From Candidatus Latescibacterota bacterium (GTDB lineage: Bacteria > Latescibacterota > UBA2968 > UBA8231), in contig OZ242214.1 of NCBI GenBank assembly GCA_965206595.1, positions 3,776,001 through 3,840,000 on the forward strand: 64,000 nt of DNA, given 5' to 3'. Below the pieces are notes generated by a model. The model saw only the letters and a list, made by a program, of their open reading frames with translations, ran no database searches and was not told the origin of the DNA. Positions 9,786 to 17,998 of this stretch are shown here, in pieces. A program made the position numbers and the translations under genes. Every line of letters begins with the position of its first letter. Position 1 is the first letter of the stretch.

Positions 9786-11015
9786 ATGAGCAACCTCGAG
9801 ATTCGCGATGTGCGCGCGATCATCACCCACCCACCCGGGGCGCGCACGCTCACGGTCGTCAAGGTGGAAACCAGCGAACCGGAGCTCTACGGAGTGGGGT
9901 GCGCCTCGTTCTGCACGCGGCCGACGGCCGTCGCCGCGGCGGTGGACGACTATCTGAAGCCCCTTCTGTCCGGCAAGAACCCCGCCGAGATCGAAGACAT
10001 ATGGCAGTCGTGCTACGCCTCGTCCTACTGGCGCAGCGGCCCCATCCTCAACAACGCCATCAGCGGCGTGGATCAGGCCCTGTGGGACATCAAGGGCAAG
10101 GTGGCGGGGATGCCGGTGTACGAGCTGTTCGGCGGCAAATCCAGGGAGGCCGCGGCGGTGTACGTGATCCCCCAGGGACGGGACCGCGCCCAGTACGAGG
10201 AGCACACCCGCGAGCTCCTGGAACGGGGCTTCCGCCACATCAAGATCGGGTGGGGAAGCGGGATGACGGAACGGGACAGGAGCTTCTACGGGCCGACGGT
10301 CATTACCGGCAAGGCCTCAATGGACGACGGGGACATCCTCGAGCCCTCGGCGGTCTGCCGCAATATCGTCGGGACTTTCGAACAGTTCCGCTCCACTTTC
10401 GGGCCGGAACCGGAGATCCTCTTCGACGTCAAGGCCGTGATGCCTCCCATCCAGGGTCTCGCCCTGGCCAAGGACGTCGAGCAGTACAAGCCCTATTTCA
10501 TGGAGGACATCTTCACCCCGGAGGACAACGACTACTTCCGCCTCGTGCGCGAGCAGACGAGCACGCCGATGGCGATGGGGGAGCTCTACAGCAATCCACA
10601 GGAGGTCGTCCCGGTTATCAAGGACCGGCTGATCGACTTCCTGCGGCTGCACGTCTCGGCGATCGGCGGGCTGACGCCGGCGCGCAAGCTGGCGGCCCTG
10701 TGCGAAGCCTTCAACGTCCGCACCGCCTGGCACGGCTCGGCCGACGTCTCCCCCGTCGGGCACGCCGCCAACCTGATGCTGGATCTGAACGTGTGGAATT
10801 TCGGCGTTCAGGAGGCATCCGTTTACCTGAACACCCACCCGACCTTGAAGGAGGTGTTCCCCGGCACGCCGGAACTGCGCGGCGGCTACATGTGGCCGAA
10901 CGAAAAAACCGGGATCGGGGTGGACATCGACGAACAGCTCGCCGCCCGCTTCCCGGCAAAAGACCCTGGTGTGCGCACCAATACAAGGCGCCCCGACGGC
11001 ACCCTGATACGGTAG
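9786..11015 (+). CDS. Enolase-superfamily dehydratase, RspA/mannonate dehydratase (ManD)-like
   Basis: VKVETSEPELYGVGCA, YWRSGPILNNAISGVDQALWDIKGK, FMED, AMGE, TAWHG, NFGVQE. Confidence 0.85.
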   Translation: MSNLEIRDVRAIITHPPGARTLTVVKVETSEPELYGVGCASFCTRPTAVAAAVDDYLKPLLSGKNPAEIEDIWQSCYASSYWRSGPILNNAISGVDQALWDIKGKVAGMPVYELFGGKSREAAAVYVIPQGRDRAQYEEHTRELLERGFRHIKIGWGSGMTERDRSFYGPTVITGKASMDDGDILEPSAVCRNIVGTFEQFRSTFGPEPEILFDVKAVMPPIQGLALAKDVEQYKPYFMEDIFTPEDNDYFRLVREQTSTPMAMGELYSNPQEVVPVIKDRLIDFLRLHVSAIGGLTPARKLAALCEAFNVRTAWHGSADVSPVGHAANLMLDLNVWNFGVQEASVYLNTHPTLKEVFPGTPELRGGYMWPNEKTGIGVDIDEQLAARFPAKDPGVRTNTRRPDGTLIR

Positions 11016-11084
11016 CTCCCGTTTTCCTCCACGCCCATCTGCCCAGCGAAGGTTGGAGATCCCAAACAGATCAGGAGCAAGAAC

Positions 11085-11900
11085 ATGCAGCCCGGTATCG
11101 ATCAACTCGTCGACGAACTCCAGATCAACGGCTTCGCAGTGTTGGAGGACCTCATACCCGTGGACACGATCGACCGGATCTACGCGCGCTCTAAGCCGAT
11201 GATGGACCGGGTCGAGGCATGGAACTCGACCGCGTTGAAGGGGGAGCGCTCAACGGGCCAGGGACGCGTGACGCAGAAGCAGCGGTTCAAGATCTACCCC
11301 CCGTTCGAGATGCCGTTCTGCGATCCCGTCATCACCGAGAACCCGCTGGTGCTCGAGCTCCTCGAACGCGTTTGGGGAACCGGCGACATCGAGTTCGAGG
11401 ACTATTCCTCGAACTGTCCTGCACCCGGCACCGAGTACCAGAACTGGCACCGCGACGGGATGCTGCTCGCCGCCAACCTCACCCTGCCGGTCTATCCCGC
11501 CCTCAGTCTGAACTTCCCCCTCGTCGACACGAACGAGGAGAACGGCAGCACCGAGCTCATCCCCTGTACGCATCACTGCTCCATTGCCCGGCTGCACCAC
11601 GTCCCCGGCTCGGAAAGGGCCCAGTCATTGAACGAGATCATCGGAAGGGGGCGCTATCCTTCGAAGATGCGCCTGAACCTCGAGCGCGGGAGCGCCTGGA
11701 TCTGCGATCCGCGGGTCATCCATCGCGGCACCCCGAACCGCTCGGATCACACGCGCATCATGCTCGGCATCGGCTACACCCAGTCGTGGTTCGGGGGGCG
11801 GGACCGCGACGCCGTGCCGGAACTGACCCGGGACCAGTTCAATCAGCTGTCAGACCGGGGGAAGCGCCTGCTGCGGAACTGCATCATCGTCGGCGCCTGA
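11085..11900 (+). CDS. PhyH-family Fe(II)/2-oxoglutarate dioxygenase (canonical HxD)
   Basis: YQNWHRDG, PLVDTNEENGSTELIPCTH, DPRVIHRGTPNRSDHTR. Confidence 0.9.
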   Translation: MQPGIDQLVDELQINGFAVLEDLIPVDTIDRIYARSKPMMDRVEAWNSTALKGERSTGQGRVTQKQRFKIYPPFEMPFCDPVITENPLVLELLERVWGTGDIEFEDYSSNCPAPGTEYQNWHRDGMLLAANLTLPVYPALSLNFPLVDTNEENGSTELIPCTHHCSIARLHHVPGSERAQSLNEIIGRGRYPSKMRLNLERGSAWICDPRVIHRGTPNRSDHTRIMLGIGYTQSWFGGRDRDAVPELTRDQFNQLSDRGKRLLRNCIIVGA

Positions 11901-11941
11901 ACGCTCGGGACGATTTGAGGCTGCATCGGGTTGTGGCTCGT

Positions 11942-12526
11942 CTACTTTCGCATCGCATCCATGTCGACTCCAGCCCTAGCCAAGAGATCTTTCATAGCTT
12001 CGGCCCTAATGATATCACCGTTTCGAACATGGTCGGCGTACCGAGAATGCATATCATTAATGATAAAACGCTTATAGTATGTTCCAGCTGGCTTTGGTAA
12101 AACCAGCTTTGCTATCCGACCACCAAACCAAATCACAGCCACACACCCGAGAGCGGACAGCCATCCAAGGTGCCACCAAATAAGCCCGACAGCTACGCCA
12201 CAGCCAAGGTTTACGACTAGGGAAAATTTCGGTAGCCATGACGGGGTAATGGCTACCTGAAATCCCGTTGATGAACCCGTACCGACCAGCCCGGCGACGT
12301 TGTCAGATAGCAGCCCTTCGACCTCCAACGAGCGCATGGCGTCTAACCTCTCGCTTATCTCTCTGGTCATAGCAAGAGTCGCCGCCGTGAAGTCCGGATC
12401 AAAATCCGTCCATTTCTTTTCCAAGAAAAGCTCTCTGCCCATAGAAAGAGTCGCCCCCTGGAATTGCATTACGTAGGCAAATAGAACCGCCATAATCACA
12501 GCGAGAATCCACAAGATAACATCCAT
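11942..12526 (-). CDS. Hypothetical membrane protein in AT-richer islet
   Basis: 194-aa ORF with a GGAGGGA RBS. It has an N-terminal hydrophobic helix and two further hydrophobic segments. Base composition is atypical for the window. Confidence 0.6.
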   Translation of the reverse strand: MDVILWILAVIMAVLFAYVMQFQGATLSMGRELFLEKKWTDFDPDFTAATLAMTREISERLDAMRSLEVEGLLSDNVAGLVGTGSSTGFQVAITPSWLPKFSLVVNLGCGVAVGLIWWHLGWLSALGCVAVIWFGGRIAKLVLPKPAGTYYKRFIINDMHSRYADHVRNGDIIRAEAMKDLLARAGVDMDAMRK

Positions 12527-12786
12527 TTAATCCCTCCAAAAAGCTTTAGTCATAGGACAAGCTGCCATCCGACCGATGCAAATAAATGGTAGACTTTCTG
12601 AGATTTTGCATTGTTCTTTTCCGTATTCCACATAATGGATGATGGTTAAAGTCCGGTTTTTCCAGGTCGATGTTGAACTTACAATTCCACCCGACGCTCT
12701 CTACCTGACCCGTCCATAGAAAGTTGAAATATCAAAGTAATAGCTCGTACCATCTTCGCATCCAATATAGTCCACTGTTTTTCCAT

Positions 12787-13008
12787 CTATGCATAGTGGA
12801 GCGGTGTATGGCTCTTATCATCTCTCGCGTGGACATCGGCACCCTGATCCAGCAGGGATTTGGTCAGCACGGGCAAATTCAGGGCTGCTGTAACGTGAAG
12901 GCCAATCAGGTCATCAATTCCCATCTCTTTAACAAATTGATAACTCTCGTTCGCCAGGATTTCTCTCTCTGCCAGTAGTACCATATGCGCGTCCTCCTCT
13001 GTGTTCAT
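12787..13008 (-). pseudogene. Truncated ankyrin-repeat protein fragment
   Basis: GLHVTAALNLPVLTKSLLDQGADVHARDDKSHTPLHYA* is one full ankyrin repeat plus the start of a second, then a stop. Confidence 0.65.
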
Positions 13009-13236
13009 TCTGTTTTCCCTATACCTTTCTGGATCTCAGATTCCCCTGGAGAAACCCCTTTCTTCTCACCGCCCCCCAAAGGGCATGTGCCAGGTGCCCA
13101 TTTCAGTCACGCTTAGTCAGGTGACGGCGTAGCGGTCAGCGTAGAATCCCAATCCTATCGCATCCATAAACGCTGCTGCATATCACGGCCACTTTCATGC
13201 CGAAAGCTGCGCAGTTCCCTATAGTGCCTGCAGCCA

Positions 13237-13611
13237 TCATTTCCCTATTTCGGAAGGCCTTTTCGGACAAAATTGAATATCCGAATACCCCTCATTTCGT
13301 CTGTCCTTGAAGTAGCGCCAAACTGCCTTAGCCACACCGATGTTCAAATGTCCAGGATCTTGGGCAGCGGAGCCCCTTAAACTCAAGGGGATTCCTAGGG
13401 AATCCAGGAGTGTTCGAGGCAATGGAGGGCATTGCCACACGAATTTCCCATTTTTGTACAAGTAGACATCAAACCCCCTATTAGGGGTTTCCCACGAGTG
13501 ATGTACCCACGTCTTCTTGCCATTCGGTGTGGTTCCACCTAGCCATCCGGGCGTCTTGAACGTGATCATCGAGCATTCCTCCGTCTTCTCGGGTAAGGGG
13601 AACAGGGACAC
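13237..13611 (-). CDS. Hypothetical protein, divergent from the IS1-like relic
   Basis: Open ORF with protein-like composition in the AT-richer islet. No recognisable motif; the true start may be the internal Met (MITFKTPG). Confidence 0.45.
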   Translation of the reverse strand: MSLFPLPEKTEECSMITFKTPGWLGGTTPNGKKTWVHHSWETPNRGFDVYLYKNGKFVWQCPPLPRTLLDSLGIPLSLRGSAAQDPGHLNIGVAKAVWRYFKDRRNEGYSDIQFCPKRPSEIGK

Positions 13612-13735
13612 GCGCCTTACCCGTTAAGGACCACGGCTCCCCACCATCATTTGAGCCCGACTTGGTAGCCCAGGTCGGGTTCGTATTTCCAAAGATACCA
13701 CTGTCTTCTTAAAAAGCAATCTACCTAGAAAAATG

Positions 13736-13766
13736 GTATAACTAGCTACGGTTCAGCTAGTTATAC
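13736..13766. promoter_or_regulatory. Perfect 12-bp inverted repeat upstream of the IS1-like transposase relic
   Basis: GTATAACTAGCT-N7-AGCTAGTTATAC. Its role is inferred. Confidence 0.5.
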
Positions 13767-13801
13767 TTTGGTTTGAATACGGAATTCCGTATCATTTCAG
13801 G

Positions 13802-14275
13802 ATGGAATTCCTCCCCCGCCACAAGTGCGAAATGATCCTTTCCCCTGATGGTCGAAGTGGGCTCCATGCACTCGATCAGTCGCATTATCAACACGGTAAC
13901 GAAGCTGCTGATCGACGCAGGCGAAGCAGCCGCCAGCTATCACCGTCCGCAACGTCTCTGTCAAACGCGTCTAATGCGATGAGATTCGGACGGTTCTGCT
14001 TCGCGAAGAAGAAAACCCTTAGAGCGAGCGAAAAGACTCCTCAAGGGCGCCGGGGAACGTGTGGACTTGGACGGCCATCGACAGCGACACCAAGCTGATC
14101 CTCGCCTATGAGGTTGGCGACCGTTCAAGGGCCACGGCGCGGGAATTCAATCTGTGGCGACGGATCGCCAACCGGGGTGCAACTGACTACGGGCGGGTAT
14201 AGCGCTTATTTCGATTCCGTGGACATGGTTTTCGGGTTCGAGGTGGATTACGCGCAGCTGGTGAAGCTGTACTAA
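13802..14275 (+). pseudogene. Degraded IS1-family transposase
   Basis: Frameshifted pieces read MVEVGSMHSISRIINTVTKLLIDAGEAAASYH, CDEI/FCFAKKK, NVWTWTAIDSDTKLILAYEVGDRSRATAREF and VQLTTGGYSAYFDSVDMVFGFEVDYAQLVKLY*. These are hallmark segments of single-ORF IS1-like DDE transposases, with TTDG degraded to TTGG. Confidence 0.8.
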
Positions 14276-14459
14276 GAGACGTGGGAATTCGGAGAAACAA
14301 GAGGCGCATTTCCGCGCTACCCTTTAGTCAGTTGACGACGGCGTAGGTCCCCCCTTCAGCTATCTACTGCACGTCTGTGTAGCATACGAGATAACTCCCG
14401 CCTTTCCCGGTTGCCCGCGGTGTCACGCACCCCGGTTTCTCTGCCTGCACCACCAGGAC

Positions 14460-16049
14460 CTACAGCCTGTACGCGAACAGCTTCGCCTGAAACATCCTGA
14501 CGCGGATGGCCGCCATCTCGCCGACCGCGGAGATGTCGGCGTTTCCCCTCCAGGTGACGACCCGGTCCTCCTCGTCCCCGGTCAGAAGGTCGCACTCCCC
14601 GAAGGAGTAGCCCTGCAGCGGATTGGCATCCAGGCACGTCATCGTGGGAACGCGGGGCAGCAGCTCGACGCTGATCCAGCCTCCCGGGGCGCAGCGGTAG
14701 TTCAGGCGCAGCTCCCTCTCCAGCCGGAACACGGTGGGAATGGTGAAGCGTCCTTCCGATTCGGCTTCCACGGCGCACAGACGATGGGGCCGCCAGCGCG
14801 CCCAGCGGTTCTGGTTTGGCGCCAGCTGCGGAAAGATCGCGGCCTGGTGCTCCTCCTTTACGGTGTGAAGAGTGGAGCGTCCCTCGTAGGGCACCGCCCA
14901 GTTGCCGTCGGGGAGCTCCACCAGACCCTGGCGCCAGACGTGTATCTGGCCCTCTTCACCGCTTCTCCGCGGACCAAGGCCGGTTATCGGCCGGCGCTCG
15001 GGCCGGGTCCAGACCAGGCCGTCGCGGCTGAAGGCGATCTGCATGTCCACGTGGTCGGTAACCCCGTGGAACACCGGAAGGAACATGCCGTGAAGCTCCT
15101 GCCGCCCCGGGTACGGGAAGTAGCACGCCCCGTAGAAGGAAATGTCGAGAGGGTCCTGGGCGTCGGGATGGATCAGCAGCTTGGCCGCCGGCCAGTTGCG
15201 GAAGTCCTTGGTCCGCGCCAACCCGACGGCGCGGCGCACCACCTCGGTCTCCGGCATGCTCGTTCCCAGGCTCTGCGGCTCGACCGGGGCGCAGCCCTGC
15301 GGCTGGAGATAGGAGAAATAGGTCTGGTTGTGCTCGTCGTAACAGAGAGCCATGCCCCCGTTCACCGAATACGTGGCGAGGGGTTTTTCGATCTTCGTCC
15401 AGTTGAACCGGTCCGGAGAGATGTGTCCCTCCAGCGCCCCCTTGAGAACCACCTTGCGTCCGCTGTACGCCTCGCCCTCGTAATGTTCGGCGCGCCAGCA
15501 CCGGTCCGCCTCGTCACCGTCGACCTCCTCGCCGGTGTCGCGGTCGAGCCAGAATCCGGCGGCGCTCAGGGCTTTGTAGCGCTCGGCGGGCGGCGCCCCG
15601 GGGTCTTCGAGCATGCTGCCGGGTACCGGGGTCTTGAGGATGTTGTTCCCGGTGGACCCGTCGAACTCCGTCTGGTTCAGGACCGGCCGTTCCCAGCTGT
15701 AGCCGTCGTCGCTCACGGCGTAGCAGCTTCTGTCTCCGACGTTGTAGATCATGTGCAGCCGGCCATCCTCGTGCCAGAAATCGGAGGGGCCCATGTGGTC
15801 CTCCTGCTCCCATTCCTTCTCGCGCCTCAGAAACGGTTCCGACTTGTCCGCTTCCTCCACCCGCAGCTGCACGCCGACCGGACCGTCGAACATCTCGTAG
15901 CGCCCATCGCGGGTGATGCTCCTGTGGCCGGAGAAGATCTCCTGCAGGTCCACCATCGCCATCCAGGTACCGGGATTGAACCGCGGGCGCACCCAGTCTC
16001 CGGGAAAGTAGCTGCCTCGTTCCAGGATCTTCTGCCTCTGCTCGGTCAT
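14460..16049 (-). CDS. Uncharacterised GH32/GH43-like beta-propeller protein, distant paralog of 6165-7712
   Basis: Start refined to ATG 16049 (MTEQRQK) after GGAGG. Motifs YAVSDDGYSWERP, ISPDRFNW, IAFSRDGLVWTRP and the C-terminus AAIRVRMFQAKLFAYRL. Confidence 0.7.
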   Translation of the reverse strand: MTEQRQKILERGSYFPGDWVRPRFNPGTWMAMVDLQEIFSGHRSITRDGRYEMFDGPVGVQLRVEEADKSEPFLRREKEWEQEDHMGPSDFWHEDGRLHMIYNVGDRSCYAVSDDGYSWERPVLNQTEFDGSTGNNILKTPVPGSMLEDPGAPPAERYKALSAAGFWLDRDTGEEVDGDEADRCWRAEHYEGEAYSGRKVVLKGALEGHISPDRFNWTKIEKPLATYSVNGGMALCYDEHNQTYFSYLQPQGCAPVEPQSLGTSMPETEVVRRAVGLARTKDFRNWPAAKLLIHPDAQDPLDISFYGACYFPYPGRQELHGMFLPVFHGVTDHVDMQIAFSRDGLVWTRPERRPITGLGPRRSGEEGQIHVWRQGLVELPDGNWAVPYEGRSTLHTVKEEHQAAIFPQLAPNQNRWARWRPHRLCAVEAESEGRFTIPTVFRLERELRLNYRCAPGGWISVELLPRVPTMTCLDANPLQGYSFGECDLLTGDEEDRVVTWRGNADISAVGEMAAIRVRMFQAKLFAYRL

Positions 16050-16221
16050 TCTCGACCTCCAGGTGTTCGTATCGTGAAAGTGCGTCGATTCACCAGCTTT
16101 GCTCCCCGGGTGGAGAGCTCCGCTTTTCATCCCTCAGGCGGTATTTGGCAGCGACCCACCGCTGGTGCGGTACGGCGCCCCGGCCCGTCGTGGATGTATC
16201 CTCTTTCGACGGTCTTCAAGG

Positions 16222-17136
16222 CTACCCGGTCCCGCTGCCTTCGGGTTGCGCCATCTCGTCCTTGTGCGGCGCCCGGTGGGGTGCCGGCTCCTGTCCCGGC
16301 TTCGTCAGGGTCGCGCCGTCGTCCTCGACCAGGGGCCGGCTGTACGCATAGGCCGGCTCCAGAGCGGCGCGTTGTACATCCGTCAGTTCACCCACCCACG
16401 CGGGCAGTGCGGTCTCGACGTAGTCCTGGTGGTAATTGAGGTATTTGGGGCCGTAGCGGTAGAAGAGGGAGCGCCGGTTGTGCTCCGCGGTCCAGGGCAG
16501 GGCCCCGTGGATGGTGGCTTCCAGGAAGATCACCAGATCCCCCGCCTTGCCGCCGACGTTGCGCACCACTTCCCGGTCGGTGTTGTAGAGCAGGATCTCT
16601 TCCGGGCATTTGTAATTCGCCTTGTGGCTGCCCGGTATCACCGCCAGCCCACCGTCTCCGGGATTGATATCCGCCAGCTGGAACTGAAAAACCGCCAGGC
16701 CCGTGCGGATCTCGCCGTTGGCATAGTGGTAGAACTGGCCTCCGTCGAATATCCGGCTGGTTGCACCGTGCAGGCCGTGGCCACCGGTACCCTTCCTGGC
16801 GAAGCTGATGAACGGCAGGTGGTCCATTCGCCACCCGCGGCCGAAGAGGGTATTGAGATAGGGGATGAGCTTCGCATGGGCGACCAGATCGCGGAAAGGC
16901 CGGCACCATGGCTGCTCCCATGTAAGCATTCCCTCTGCCGTGCCTTTCCCCAACTCCCCATCCATGCCGCCGCCGTACTGGGTCCCCTCTGGAAAGAAAC
17001 CCTCCGCTTCCTCGTCGACGTTGGCCTCCACGGCCTCGTTGAGGTCCCGTACTTCTTCGGCAGTCAGAAAGGCTTCCACATGCAGAAACCCCTGCAAATC
17101 CAGGAGGAACTTCTCGCGTTCGTCCATTTCGATCAT
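16222..17136 (-). CDS. PhyH-family Fe(II)/2-oxoglutarate dioxygenase with HxA motif
   Basis: EKFLLDLQGFL, GHGLHGAT, FQLADINPGDGGLAVIPGSHKAN, KAGDLVIFLEATIHGALPW, RRSLFYRY. Confidence 0.88.
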   Translation of the reverse strand: MIEMDEREKFLLDLQGFLHVEAFLTAEEVRDLNEAVEANVDEEAEGFFPEGTQYGGGMDGELGKGTAEGMLTWEQPWCRPFRDLVAHAKLIPYLNTLFGRGWRMDHLPFISFARKGTGGHGLHGATSRIFDGGQFYHYANGEIRTGLAVFQFQLADINPGDGGLAVIPGSHKANYKCPEEILLYNTDREVVRNVGGKAGDLVIFLEATIHGALPWTAEHNRRSLFYRYGPKYLNYHQDYVETALPAWVGELTDVQRAALEPAYAYSRPLVEDDGATLTKPGQEPAPHRAPHKDEMAQPEGSGTG

Positions 17137-17206
17137 GGCAATCGACCCTATCGGACAGGGGGAAAGGCGACAGTCGGCGGCGTAAGGAGAGCTGACGCTT
17201 GCAATC

Positions 17207-17983
17207 CTATTCCACTACCGCTTCCCGCAGAGCTTCGATCTGGGAATCGCCGAGGCCGATGGCGCGGGCGTACTCTTCGACGCCGCCGTGTCGCTCATCG
17301 AGATCCCCCAGCACGCCCAGCATGATCCCGGGAGGGCAGGTCCGGGCCTGGTATTCCTGCCAGGTGATCTCCCTTGCGGAAATTTCCGGGTTGTCGTCCA
17401 GGTAGCGGGCAAGCAGGAACCGGCCGCTCAGGCTGTAGTCCCGGGCGATGACCTCGTAAGGTACTCCGGCTATTCCAAGGACCAGCGCCGCAATCATTCC
17501 CGTCCTGTCGGTTCCGGCCGAACAGTGGAAGAGGGCCGGCAACGAGTCGGGCAGGGCGAGGAGCGACAGGATCTCGCGCACCTGCGGACCGCGCCTGTCG
17601 AGGATGAGGGTGTACGCCCGGCGCTTGGTCTCGGCCACCCCCTCCGGCCGGGTAATGTCCGCCGCTTCCCGCCAGGGGTCGTCCCCGACCATGTTCTGAT
17701 GGTACCAGGTCACCCGGTCCGACCTCAGGAAGGGATGGCCCAGGGTCTGCAGCTCCACGCTCTTGCGCAGGTCGACGACCGTGCGAAGGCCGTAGTCGAG
17801 AAGGGCCTGCTGCGAGTCCGCATCGAGCCGGTGCAGGGAGTCGGCCCGCAGCAGCCTTCCCCAGCGGGTCCGCCTTCCGTCCCGCGTCTCGTAGCTCCCC
17901 AGATCCCGGATGTTGTAGCTCCCCGGGATGTTCAGTCGTCGTCTCGGATCGAGGCCGTCATCCATTGGGGCACCTGCCTCCAT
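17207..17983 (-). CDS. Tyrosine-protein phosphatase family (Y_phosphatase3/IphP-like)
   Basis: NIRDLGSY, LLRADSL, VVDLR, P-loop FHCSAGTDRTG, DYSLS. Confidence 0.9.
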   Translation of the reverse strand: MEAGAPMDDGLDPRRRLNIPGSYNIRDLGSYETRDGRRTRWGRLLRADSLHRLDADSQQALLDYGLRTVVDLRKSVELQTLGHPFLRSDRVTWYHQNMVGDDPWREAADITRPEGVAETKRRAYTLILDRRGPQVREILSLLALPDSLPALFHCSAGTDRTGMIAALVLGIAGVPYEVIARDYSLSGRFLLARYLDDNPEISAREITWQEYQARTCPPGIMLGVLGDLDERHGGVEEYARAIGLGDSQIEALREAVVE

Positions 17984-17998
17984 TAGTGCAAACGGGGG

